A stretch of DNA of 64,000 bases from Camelus dromedarius (lineage: Eukaryota), in assembly GCF_036321535.1 (NCBI RefSeq), contig NC_087436.1, positions 106,704,001 to 106,768,000 on the forward strand, read 5' to 3'. A program made the translations under genes and the position numbers. Position 1 is the first letter of the stretch. Each line of letters starts with the position of its first letter. A model generated the notes under the pieces. The model saw nothing but the letters and a program-made list of their open reading frames with translations. It did no database searches and was not told where the DNA came from. Shown here in pieces: positions 1 to 12,160 of the stretch.

Positions 1-79
1 AAATCTACTCATGTTCCCTAAACATGTTTAGTCATCAGAAGCAAATGCATTCTTGTAAAATGTCCAGAGTCAATCTAAC

Positions 80-168
80 AGGCCATCTGAGAGAGGAGTG
101 GGTTGTTGTGAATCTCTACTTTTTAACAAGCCCCAGATCTTATTAAACAGACAAATTTGAGAAATAAT
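80..168. mobile_element. MER5-like hAT DNA transposon fragment
   Basis: aatctctactttttaacaagcccc...tttgagaa resembles the recalled MER5A terminal portion. Confidence 0.45.
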
Positions 169-454
169 AACATATAAGTCCATTTCTAGTCTGATAGCTG
201 CCCAATATTTACTTTACATGCTATCAATATTTAGCTCACCAACATCTAACATCATATTATTTTGCCAAATGAGCATAAACCTAATCTGTTGTCTGACTCC
301 AAAGGTCATGATTTTATTACACATCATACAGAATAACAAAAGAGTAAAAGTAGACTACATTAGAGAAGGAGAATTTAGTGTCAAATCCTCGGAAGCTGGT
401 GGTGGGTGGGGACATTTAGACCTATCACTCACTTTATTTCTGTGGCGTAAGTGT

Positions 455-1030
455 ATGATTCATTCATACGTGCAGAAAACGTGTTAATACCCACTATGTG
501 CCGGTTATTCCATAAGCACTAGAAAGAGAGTGATGATCAATACAGACACATTTCCTGTCCTTATGGAGATCCTATTCTAGTGAAGAAGACAGAAAATAAA
601 CCTCTGAATAATTGTGATGATAATTACACATTGCAGTGAGTATTTTGCAAGAAAGAAGATGCCTGTGAAATGCCCAATGAAATGAAATTTATGAATCTAG
701 GTGCTCTATCAATATAGGGAGACATACTTCAAGTAGCCAAAAAACTCACTGAGGAGGTGATATCTAAACCAAAGGATTAAAAGATACTGCCATGTGAAGA
801 GCCATTTGGAAAATGTTGGAGGTGGGGGAAATGTCAGGGTCATGGAGGAAATGTCAGGGTCAAAATCTCTGAGCTAAGAGAGTTATGTGTGTTCAAGGAA
901 TTGGAATCAGTGTGTCTGGATCATCCTGAGCAAAGCAAAGAGTAATCTGACATGAGGGTGGAAAGAAGAGAAGGGTCAGATCATCCACATCACCAGGTAC
1001 AGATGAAAAATTATCAAAGGATTTGGTGCA
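455..1030 (-). mobile_element. L2 LINE 3' fragment
   Basis: attcattcat...actatgtgcc...cctgtccttatggagatcctattctagtg is the typical antisense L2 3' end. Confidence 0.75.
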
Positions 1031-2194
1031 TTTTTGACTATGCTACACTCTGGATTATCCATTTGGGGCATAGATATTTGTGCCAATGTTTCAATAGTGG
1101 GATAGCCCGCACTCCAGCATTCATTAAAAGGTTATCCATAGAGGAATCCTTTTTATAACTGTACCAAGGAAAGAAACTTTTTGCTTAATATTTCTTATTT
1201 CATAATTTTCTTTGTTTTTTATTATGGTTGTATGCAGCATTTGTTATGGAATACTCAATTTGCAACTCTGATTAAAAAGGATATACCACCAATGGTATTT
1301 GTATAGTACAAAAAGATTGTTTGTCTACATGTGATTTAACATATCTTATATGGGACTAGTTATTAAGATAGGAATTATTATTTTATGAAAAAAAGTCAAT
1401 GTGGAAAATCAATGGATACTAAGACCAATAAGCAATAATAGTGTAAAATGAGAGATATTCCTTGACAATAAAAATCCTCAAGTCATAGAGAAATAATTTT
1501 ATGAACACATGGTTAAGAATCCAAAAGAGAAATTCTCTTCATATTAATAAGGTTTGACAAAGATAGCTATGCTTGTATTTGATCAAAATTGGAGACAAAG
1601 CTTCTGAAGGGGCGTAGTTTTTGCAGTGGTAAGAACAGTTCCAGCTTTTGGGAGGATACTTTCATACTCTGTGCAAGAAAGAAAACAGGTAGAGACAGAA
1701 AGAAGAGAAAGATATTATTGTAATGTGAAACTTTATCTAGAAGTCACATTTTGAATTTAAAAAAATTACTTGTAACAAATACACTTTAAAATATAATATA
1801 CAATATCTGTCTCAGGAAGCTATATTTTCAAAGGTAAATTTTACCCCAAGAATACAGAGTGATTAGCATTCACAAATGTTCTCGTATAATATAAGTCATT
1901 TAAGACAATGACACATCAATGCAATTTGAAGACGTTGACTAACTTTCAGAGACCTTGATGGGGAAAAAACCATCCATTACAGAGACTTCTATTTTCATAT
2001 CTATAACGTTCTATTAAATATGAGACCACTTGAAAAGAATAAGAAAAACAAAACCTTCCTGAAGTCCTTTGCTTATTTAATTAGGAAAATCCATGAAACT
2101 CTATGTATTAAATCATTTTTAGATTCAATTCTCATTGGAACTTCAATATTGGAGAATTATTTAATATACCAAAAGAAAAAAAGAGAATTTAATA

Positions 2195-2450
2195 AATAGG
2201 TTTTTATTTTATATACTTATGGAGTTTTCAGCATTGTGCTGGATGTTGTGGAAAAAAGAGGTTGTGTAATAGTCAATTGCTGCCTTTAAGGAAATTACAG
2301 TTTAATCAGGGAGTTGCATTAGCTCAATGGGAATAATTATGGAATGATACATTGAGGAGTGGCAATGATTTAAAAAGTTTCACAAAGCAACTAAGAAAGG
2401 TTGATTCTTAGCAAACAAGTAGGATTTTGAAAGGCTTGAGAAAATAAGGA
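2195..2450 (-). mobile_element. L2 fragment
   Basis: cagcattgtgctggatg...tgcctttaaggaaattacagtttaatcaggg. Confidence 0.55.
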
Positions 2451-2457
2451 AAAGAAG

Positions 2458-2712
2458 ATGAACATTTCTTGAGTCCTATTCGGTTCTGGACACAGCACTA
2501 AATGCATCTTACATATTTTTAAAAAATTTTTAATTCTCATAGCAGCCCTGGGAGGTAAGTAAAGTTATTTCCAGTTTGAAGTAGAAGATCCTGAAGCTTA
2601 AAGAAGTGAGCTAATTTGCCTGTGGTCCATAGCTTGTAAATGGCAGCCACCTGGTTTGAATACAGACCTCTATTGCTCCAAAGCCTGTGACACTCTCCCA
2701 ATCATAATATTC
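2458..2712 (-). mobile_element. MIR SINE
   Basis: aattctcatagcagccctgggaggta...gaagtgagctaatttgcctgtggtc...ctccaaagcc matches the antisense MIR core. Confidence 0.8.
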
Positions 2713-2984
2713 CAGAGGTGAGAAACGCTAGGTTGAAAGACAGAGGCAGAGAAGAGCGTTCATGTGAGAGGGAAGGGGACACAAATCAGTGTGACATGAC
2801 CCCCTCTAGTACTTCTGATTTCAGAGGAGTTCTTGAGCCGATTTTACCTCTTTAGTGGAATAATTTCCATAAACCAGTCTCCTCCAACTCAGTCACCAGC
2901 CTTACTCTGCATCCAGGTGCATCCTTGAATTCTTTTGCATCCTTGCTGTCTTACCTAATCCCCTAACAAACTCTGCTGTGTCCA

Positions 2985-3350
2985 TCTCAAATGTCTATCT
3001 ACCTCTGTTTGTGTCTCTATCTCTGTCTAAACTCTACTTAAACATTTATATCTATCTCTATCTGTATCTAAATATATCTGCATATCTTTGTCTCTATATA
3101 CCTTATCCTTAAATCTATTATCTTTCTATTTCTATGTCAGTGTCTCTCTCTGTATTTCTATCTCTATCTCATTCTATAATGATTTCCATATTGATTTTTA
3201 TGTGCATATGTATATCTAAGTCTCTATTTAAATACATATGTATATAGGTCCACCTCTAAATCTGTCCCTGCATCTACATCTATGTGTGTACCTATACCTA
3301 CACTTATTCCTAAACCTGTACCTATACCTATATCCACGTTCATCTTAAAT
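2985..3350. repeat. degenerate (TCTATA/TCTA)n low-complexity tract
   Basis: visible 4-6 bp periodicity (tctata, tctgta, cctata, tctaaa). Confidence 0.75.
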
Positions 3351-3359
3351 CTGTCCTCA

Positions 3360-3809
3360 GTGGAATCAAGTGAGTCTAAATCATCATCATCGCATACTTG
3401 AATTGCTGTGATAGTCTCCTAACTGTTCTTCCAACTGCTATTCTGGTACTTCTGTAATCCTTTAAACATGTAAATTACTTCATGCTAATTTCAAAAGCTT
3501 CCTATGCCTTCCCTTACACTAAGAATAGTATCCCAATCCCACCCATGGCCAACTGACTCTACTTTTACTATCTCACATCCTCACAGTCTCTCCCTCTAGT
3601 CTTCAAGCTCCGGCTGCACTAGCCTTCACTCTTCTCTCAAACACAGCAATCATTTATGCCTCAGGGTTTTTGTGTGCTGTTCCCTCTGCCTAGCGTGGTC
3701 TGCTCTTAGAAGTTATCATTTTAGTTTCTTCTTGTCACTCAGGAGTCAGTTCAAATGTCACCTCCCGAGGGAAGCTATCTTCAGTCACTCAACATTATGT
3801 CAGAGACCC
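3360..3809 (+). mobile_element. L2 fragment, interrupted by an MLT1 LTR and resuming about 4335-4625
   Basis: gatagtctcctaactg...cctcagggttttt...gttccctctgcctag...tcagttcaaatgtcacctcc; the later part ends gtaaatatttactgaatg. Confidence 0.75.
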
Positions 3810-4331
3810 TGTGCTAGGTTAAAGATGGCCTGTGTGCCTTGGCACTTCTCCATCGAGGGCTGGGGGCCCACGGAACATCTCCTTGAGTCTAGGTGGGCTC
3901 TGTGACGGCTCACATATAGAGAAGTTGCTAGACTCTTCTGGGCCCCGGCCTTTAGGGATTGGCAACTGTCACTCACAGTTAGAGAAGCAAGTTACCATGT
4001 AATCAGTGTGACTGCTCTCTGACTGCCACACTGTAAGGAAATGAAGCCATGCTGAGAGACAGGATGAAATGGCGAAATGCCACGTGGAAAGAGGAAAGGA
4101 GGAAGAGGTTAAGGAGGGAGGGAGGGAGCCTGCATCCTCGACCTGTGCCTGAAAAAGCTGTTTTTGAAAGAGGATGTTCCTGTCCTGGCTGCCACTGTAT
4201 GGATCACAGACAAACCACCCAGCTGAACCCCTCCAGAATTCTCAATCACAAAACCTGTAAACAAAACACAACATCGTTTTCAGTCGCTAAGTATCTGAGT
4301 GGTGTGTGACACAGCACTAGTCAGGCAGACA
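3810..4331 (+). mobile_element. MaLR solo LTR (MLT1F/G/H-like)
   Basis: starts tgtg...ttaaagatggc, has ccttgagtctaggtgggctctgtgac, ends with an MLT1-type ttttcagtcgctaagt...acagca...aca. Confidence 0.75.
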
Positions 4332-5369
4332 CATGCTGAGTATGGTCAATCACGTTGCCCTTTTTAATTTTCCTGCTAGTTAACACGGCCAGAAATGTCC
4401 TTCCTTCTTCCTTTACTCTCTCCTTCCCTTCCTTCCTTTTACTTTTCTCCCTCCTTCTCTTTCTCTCCTTTCTTCTTTCTTCTTGATTATATGGCTACTG
4501 TCTCAGCTTTTTAGACGACGAACCTCACTGAACAAGAACTTTGCGTATCTCCCATCAATCTCTGTTATGTAGAAGGGTGCCGCACAGATAGCTGGAATCA
4601 GTAAATATTTACTGAATGGCTAGGATAAGCCCAGGCATTTAATTATATCTACATGGGGTCGGTAGTCACTCTATCAACATTATGGCTACCATCCTTTACA
4701 TGAATCAAGAAACTCATGAAATCCTGCCAAAATAACTCCAAATACACATGGGGAAGAAATACGTGACATACACTATCCTGTAGTTTTACAGTGAGATGGG
4801 TTTCAGCGGAGCGGGATGCCAGAATTGGCTGGGAAATTATGCTTCTCTACTGATTTTTGATATTAGGCTTCCGTGGGGTTACTGGTGGTTAGCTCAGGGC
4901 TGTAATGATCTTCAAAGGTGGAGGAAACATCCACAGATTTCGAAGTAGTTTAAAACACATCGTTTGGCTCCTCCGTACTAGATCTTGTAGCTGGCAGAGT
5001 CCCAACCCCTTTTCATTAGCTCCATGGTGATCTGGACCAGGTCACGTGGATCCTGGCTGCCCGCTGCCTCTGATCCGAGGAGCTGCTCCACTGCTCATAG
5101 GTGACTCTTCACAAGGGCAGGGCTGGTACTGCTCTCCAGACACCAACTCCGGGCCACTTGAGAGCTCTTGCTGAGGAGAAGATGAGGTTTTAAGTCCTAA
5201 GAAGAGCTGCTTTCACATCTTCACTCATTGTGCTTAGTACAAAGACGGCAAAGGGGGCAGAGCCGTAGAGCGAGGCTCCTGCCACCCAGAAAGTGACCAG
5301 ACTGAGCCTGCACTGGAGTCACTTCCTAGGGCGCCCACCCACTCTGTGCTGCATTTTACCTCCAAGGAA

Positions 5370-5855
5370 CTCCCTCCTGCCTCCACAGGCACAGAGGTGA
5401 ACTCTGCCCTACCCAGATTCCAGCCTCTCTGGCCCTTTTTTGGATCCTTTAGCATGTGGGATAACTTCCAGGATCAGGGCTTTTCCATCGCCATTCACTC
5501 TGACTAGGACCTTCTTAATCCTCACTTTCCTCAGCTTACTCAAAATCAAGGCCTCAGCTTAAACACTCTTCCCTTCTTCTGGGCGAGGTTGTGTATCTCT
5601 GCTGTACACTTTTGTTACATCTTTTGTAACTGGGAAACATCTGTATTTAAACAGCTAGCTCACTGTTTCATGTGCTGTCTGTGATTCATCAATCAATCCA
5701 TTGTGTTAAGTGTCCTCCGGTGTTAGGCAGTGAGCCCGACAAAGGCAGAATCAGGCATGTTTTGTCCTTTTCTGTATCCAGAGGACTTGTGATTCCAAGC
5801 ACAGAACAAATGTTCAGTACTTAGTCATTGAATGAATGAATGAGTGAATGTTTGA
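5370..5855 (+). mobile_element. L2 3' fragment
   Basis: cagggcttttccatcgcc...; ends gaatgaatgaatgagtgaatg (L2 tail). Confidence 0.7.
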
Positions 5856-5888
5856 TGGGTGATGTGTTGTAGGGATGTTATCTTGTAT

Positions 5889-5962
5889 TGATTTTTCCCC
5901 CTTTGGATTTGAAACAATACATGTGCCCCTAGTAAAAGTGGGAGACTTCATACCTAATTTTT
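5889..5962 (+). repeat. donor copy of a ~73-bp dispersed duplication
   Basis: matches 7389-7461 except for one T indel and two substitutions. Confidence 0.95.
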
Positions 5963-6719
5963 TTTTTCCAACCTCATAGATGATTGATCTATTCAACTGC
6001 AGACTTTGTTGCATCCTGTGTTCTAGACCAGTCATGATTTGAGGCAGGAGGTGCTTAAGAATTCACATTTTTTTATTCATAAGTTTATTACTAAGTTATC
6101 TTTCCTAATAAGGACTCTAAATACCTCAGTGCTGAATGCTGGGGCCCCAAGTGCATCCTTTTAGGGTGCTCCATTGCGATAAAGGGAATCTGGCACACTC
6201 AGTTCTAGTCTGAGTCTTGGCTGCATGTTCCAATTATTGAAACTTATTTCAGTATCGAGCTCAGCCTATGGTATATGGCACACACTCAATAACTGGTAGT
6301 CAACTTGTACTCAATAATTGGTATTATCAGTGTGATGACTGATTATGAGTCAATGTTCTAATCATCTAGACAGTCCTCCCCTCTTCTTGTGAGTTACTTA
6401 TATTTCTGTCAAGTCCCTTCAAACAGGTCCAGAAATCTTCACCCTGACCTGGATCCACAAATCAGGCTTCCTTCTCCTTATTCTTCTGATGCTACCCATT
6501 TACTTCTCTTCCAGCAACAACAGAGCATTTGCACTGGAATTCCATTTACTGAAGCTCAGCTCATCTGTTGGAAACCTCCAGCTACTTTTCGGATCACTGT
6601 CTTAGCAGATCATTTTGTCTGAGATTAGAGTTTATTCTGACCCTTGGATATCATTGTTGTGATCTCTTATCTGGAACGCTAATATTAGAACCACTTCGTC
6701 TGAGCATCTCTGATCTATT

Positions 6720-6908
6720 AACAGTTAAAAGCCTAGATTCTAGAGTCAGACAGATGAGTTTTGAAGAACGGATCCTCCAGTTTCTTGCTGTGAAAACTTG
6801 GGAGAATTATTTAGTCCCTGAGTGTCTCTTTCCTCTTTTGTAAAATGAAAATCAATAATAGTACCTACTTCCCAGGGCTGTTGTCACGATGCAGTGAGAT
6901 GACATGAT
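6720..6908 (+). mobile_element. MIR SINE
   Basis: gattctagagtcagacag...gctgtgaaaacttggga...tgtaaaatg...ataatagtacctacttcccagggctgttg. Confidence 0.85.
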
Positions 6909-7330
6909 AGTACGAGACTATTCGCAATCCTGTTCTCCCAGGTCTGTCTACCTACCTGCGACCATGATTTCTTGTTTGGTCTTTGATCTACCCCAAGTTT
7001 CTGCTCGATATGACTGGTTCAAGTACTGTCTCAATATATTACCTGAAGGCAAACATTCATTACTGGTCTTCCGGCTCTTTGGGAGCTAAAGATGGCATGG
7101 AAAACAATATTTTAAATACTATTTGCATAGGATAGGCTGATCACAATACTAAGTATAATTTTTGTGGGGCAATCTCTCAGATAAACTAGACTCTGGATTT
7201 CTTTTTTAATTTAAAAACAATATGAATTAAATTATTATTTTTAAAAGCTTTATTAATGAGACTTCTGCTTCTAAGAGATGGAGTAGGCATACTTTCCTTA
7301 TCACCACACTAAGTATAATTAGGAATACTG

Positions 7331-7351
7331 AACTATATGTATATATAGTTC

Positions 7352-7386
<35 letters not shown>

Positions 7387-7476
7387 TATGATTTTCCCCC
7401 TTTGGATTTGAAACAATACATGTGCCTCTAGTAAAAGTGGGAGGCTTCATACCTAATTTTTATATATATATATATT
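7331..7476. repeat. (TA)n(GA)n ... (TA)n microsatellite containing a 73-bp insert (7389-7461)
   Basis: read directly from the sequence. Confidence 0.9.
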
Positions 7477-8716
7477 TAAAACTAATATAAGAAGACTCTG
7501 AAATACAGGAAGAAGAAAGCAGACTGTCAAGGAAACTTAGGAGCTAAGGAATGATATGGCAGTTAGTTACCCAGGTTTCCTTTTTGCCTCCTGACTCAGA
7601 TCTGATGAAGCCAGCAACCTGGGTATACCAGCCAGCACAGACAAAAATGGCCCTAATGAAAGCCTGCTCTTTCTAGCCAAAGGACAGGAAAAATGGAAGC
7701 CTAACAAGACAGAAAACCTTTAGACACTAACTTCTCCATTCCAGCTAACCAACACAGAAAAAATCAGCAAAGGCTGAGTGGGAATCCACTTGAGGATACA
7801 ACAAGGAAATATAACACCCCTCCTGGGATGGAGTTGGAGAAGGTTAGGTAAGGAGCTAGAATTTTAATACCTACTGTCCTCTCACCCAGTGTCAGAACAG
7901 ACCACATGGGAGCATGGATTTCTACTCATACTTGGCAGTAATGCTCCCAATCTCCACTCAGGAAGGCTAATGGAGAATAATATCTTCCATCATCACCCAG
8001 GGGTAACGAGGCCATCCCCACTGCTGTCAGTGGAGGCAACATAATGAATCAGAACTTCCACCTCTGCCCAGCAGTAATGAGGAGACTTGCCCAACTTGAG
8101 TGTCAATAGAGGCTAAATGGCAAACCTGGAATTCAATTTCTATGTGCTGGTAAAGGAAATGGTACCTTCCCCTTTCCCCTCAACAGGTTATGCCCTCAAA
8201 AATCCAATTAAAAGTGAAGTTTATTAATATCAAGAATTACCTAACATAATTCAAAAATGTCCAGGTTTCAAGGAAAAATTGCATATCATATTAAGAATCA
8301 GGAAGATCTTAAACTAAATAAAAATATAAGCAAGAAATGCCAATGCTGACATGACAAAGATACTAAAATTATCAAACAAAGATTTTAAAGCAGCAAGAGA
8401 AAAAATGTTTTAATGACCAATTATCAAAGTGCTTTTGACAAATGAAAATATAAAAAAGCCTCAGCAAAGAAAGTCTCAGCAGGGAAATGGAAAATAATGG
8501 AAGAAGAATCAAACAAAAATTTTAGAACTGAAAAATAAAATTACTGAAATAAGACAGCTCTCTGAATAGTTTCAATTACAGAATGGAAGGGACAGGGGAA
8601 ATCATCAGTGAATGGATAGAAAAATAGAACTTACCCAATCTGAATAGCAAAGATAAAATGAATTGAAAAAAATCAAGTCTTTGGGATCTGTGGAACTGTA
8701 ATCAAAGACCTAACAT

Positions 8717-8825
8717 TTTTTTTCTCATTTTTTTGTTTCAGTTTTTATTAAAGTGTAGTTGATTTACAATGTTGGTTTCAGTGTATGGCAAAATGATTCA
8801 GTTATATATATATATCTATATCTAT

Positions 8826-8858
<33 letters not shown>

Positions 8859-8931
8859 CATATATATATATACACACATTCAGATTCTTTTCCATTATAG
8901 CTTATTACAAAAAACTGAATATATTTCTCTT
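8717..8931 (-). mobile_element. 5'-truncated cetartiodactyl-type L1 3' end nested in the old L1
   Basis: T-rich tail, then gtgtagttgatttacaatgtt...gattcagttata...attcttttccattatag; TSD aaagacctaacat (8704-8716) / aaacacctaacat (8932-8944). Confidence 0.85.
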
Positions 8932-11369
8932 AAACACCTAACATCCTTGCCATTGGATTTCAAGAAAAAGAAGACAATGATGGAAAAGTTACACATGGAA
9001 ATAATGGCCAACAATTTCCCAAACTTGTCAAAAGACATAAATCTCCAGATTCAGAAAGCTGTGTAAACTTCAAATAGGATAAGTTCAGAGGAATCCATGC
9101 AAACAAACATTACAATTAAACTTTTAAAAACTAAAGACAAAGAAAAAATCCTGAAAGTGGTCAGAGAAAAATGACCCATTACCTGTAGAGGAAAAACAAG
9201 TAGAATGAGAACAGATTTCTCATCAAAAGTGATGGAGACCAGAAAAAAGTGGCACAATATTTTTTTCAAGTGGTGAAAGAAAAGAACTGTCAACCTAGAA
9301 AGCTATACTCAGAAAAAATGTCCTTCAGGAATGAAAGGGAAATCAAGATATTCTTAGGTGAAGAGAAACTAAGATAATCTCTCAATCTCAGAGCTATTCT
9401 GTAAGAACAGCTAAAGAAAGTTCTCTAAACAGAAAGAACACTAAAATAAGAAACCCTAAAAGTCTGGAGAGGAGGAAAGAACAAAATTAAGAAAATATGA
9501 AAAAAATACAATAGGTTTTACTTCTTCTCTTGAGTTTTCTAATTTTTTTGATGATTGAAGCAAAAATTTTAGCGTTGTGTGATATGGTTCTAAATGTACG
9601 CTGAAGAAATATTTAAGACAATTATATTATAAATAGAGGAGTACAAAGGAACTTAAAGAGAGGGAAGTTTTGGGTTTATAATAGGTTTAGTTTGTACCTA
9701 TAAATATATACATAAATATACCATTGTATGTGATATGAGATGATATATGTATATGTATCTGTATATATCTCACCTACATACATATGAATAATGCAATACC
9801 TAGAGTAACCACTAAAAAAACTACACAAATAGATAAGTCAAAATGGATTCTTAGAAAAATTTAAGTAACCCATTGAAAGGCAGGAAAAAGAAAACAAAAA
9901 TAAACACCTGAGAGAACAAACAAAATGAAAATGAAATGGTAGGCTTAATCCTAAAGTATTAATAATTATAGTAAATGTAAAGGGCATAAATACATCAATG
10001 AAAAGACAGAGTTTGGCAGAGTGGTTTATAAAACATGACCCACCTATTAAAAAAAAGATATATAATGCAAACATTAATCTAAGGAAAGCACGAATAGATA
10101 TATCAATGTCAGATAAAGTAGATTTTAGAGCAAAAAAAAATTACAAAAAAGAATGAGTAACATATAATGATAAAAAAGTAAACACACAAATGGACACAGA
10201 ATGTCTCAATGTGTATACACCAAACAACAGATCTGCAAAATGTGTGAGGCAGAAACTGATAAAACTGAAACAAAACAATACACCCCCATTATACTTGGAG
10301 ACCTCAACACCCCTCTCTCAGTGAATTATTGAAAAACCAGACAGAAAATAAGCAAGGAATAGAAGAACTCAACAGCACCACTTAACCAACAATATCTACT
10401 CAATATTTTTAGAACACTCAACAACAGCAGAACCCACATCATTTTAAAATACCTATGAATCATATCATAAGGTAGAAAGCCATAGAATATGCCTCAAAAA
10501 TGTAAACTAATTGAAATTTTACTAATTGTGTTTTCTGACCACAATGGATCAAACTAGAGGTCAATAGGAGAATTTACAGAAAAATTTCCAAACATTAGGA
10601 ACTAGGCAGCATATTTTAAATAATCCATGGGCCAATAGAATAGTTTCAGGAGAAATTTTAAAATGTTCATTTAATAGAATGAAAATAGAAATACAATTAT
10701 CAAAATTTGTGAGACACAGACAAAGCTGTGCTGAGGAGGAAATTTATACAGCTAAATTCACACATTAGGAAATTCCTCAAATCAATAATCCAAGCTTCCA
10801 CTTCAACCTATAAAAAGACGAACAAAATAAGCCCAAAGCAAACAGAAGAAAAGAAATAGTAAGAGCAAAAATTTTGAACTTGGAAACAGAAACACAATAG
10901 AGAAAATCAATGAAACCAAGAGCTTATTCTTCAAAAAGATTAAAAAAATTGACAAACAGCTAGCAAATCTGAGGGAGGGGAAAAAAAAAAGAAAGAAAAG
11001 AAAAGAATTGCAAATATTTGAAACGAAGTAAGGGATATCACCACAAACTCTGTAGGTATACTAAAATGTAATATGGAAATATTATGAATAATTCTTCACA
11101 TACAAATATGACAACTTAGATGAAATAAATCACTTTATTCAAAAACACAAACTACCACTACATACCTACTATAAAATAGATTATGAAATAGATGACTGCA
11201 ATTGCCCTGTAACTATTAAGGAATTTGAAATCTACTGCTAAGGGATTGAGTTTGAAGTCCTTATAAAACCAGTTAATACTGCTTATTTCATACAGATATG
11301 AATTAAGAATATAAGAAAAATCATACCAAGTGTCATTTTATGTTCTTTAGTAATCTGGTATTATATTCT

Positions 11370-11475
11370 GTGGTTTTTTTCTACTAAAAGCTTTACAGTT
11401 TTACATTGACATTTAAATCTATAGCGCATTTGGGGTTAATTTTGTATAGGTGTGAAATTAGTTCTCTTTTTGACC
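11370..11475 (-). mobile_element. L1 ORF2 fragment
   Basis: aagctttacagttttacattgacatttaaatctata...gttaattttgtataggtgtga. Confidence 0.7.
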
Positions 11476-11699
11476 GGTAATTTAAGTATGCATCACTATC
11501 AGCTAACAAATCTGAACAAATAAATATCCAAGACCAAATAACAGTTGACTTGCAAGTCAATAGAACTTGAGATTCAGTTTTTATCTTTATAACTACACCA
11601 TGGCCATGACCTGTAAAATTGGAGACCAATAAAATGGATCATGCTGCTGTGATTCACTGAAAAGGGTTCAGAATAGGGACTCCTAGTCTAATTTTCGCA

Positions 11700-11822
11700 T
11701 ATTTATATCTAATTATGTGTCTTACCTTGGGCAATCACTTAAATTCCTGATTTGGCAATTGGAAAAAGTAACATAAGATAATTTTATGGTCTGTTCCTTT
11801 TAGCTGTAACATTTTTTGATTC
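11700..11822 (+). mobile_element. MIR/MIR3 fragment
   Basis: accttgggcaatcacttaa...ccttttagctgtaacatt. Confidence 0.5.
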
Positions 11823-11899
11823 AAATCCAATGTGTCTCATCAGAACTAGATTAAGGGGCAAGGAAGACAGGGTATTTTTGGCAAATTGGATTTTCCAAT

Positions 11900-12110
11900 G
11901 ATGATCATACCGATATTAATCTCATACCACACACTCTTCTTACAAAGTTATGCTGACAATCCTCTGTTGAGAGATGAAGTCTCTGGTCCATCTGCTCAAA
12001 GCTAAACATGTCTTTGTAACTGTTTCGACTATGAGAACATGGCAAAATTGATAGTTGCCTGACTTCTGATGCCAGGTTATAAAATGTAATACAGTTTCAC
12101 CTGGAGCCCT

Positions 12111-12160
<50 letters not shown>

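Larger units (their letters stand above)
7258..11235 (+). mobile_element. old L1M (L1MC/MD-type): 5'UTR, decayed ORF1 and the 5' part of ORF2
   Basis: gacttctgcttc...agatggagtag 5' end; ORF1-like acagatttctcatcaaaagtgatggagaccagaaaaaagtggc; endonuclease-like ggagacctcaacacccctctctca and tctgaccacaatgg; frames broken. Confidence 0.9.

Noticed and set aside
5889..5967. Duplicated 73-mer as a Pol III small RNA or snoRNA with a retrocopy
   Set aside because: It ends in a T-run but has no clear A/B boxes or C/D or H/ACA layout, and the second copy lacks a poly-A tail and TSD
7141..7320. actaagtataatt repeated at about 7148 and 7308
   Set aside because: A 13-bp AT-rich match that does not bracket an element as a TSD; probably chance
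7258..11235. L1 as an active or intact element
   Set aside because: ORF1 and ORF2 are broken by many stops and frameshifts, and the element is 3'-truncated
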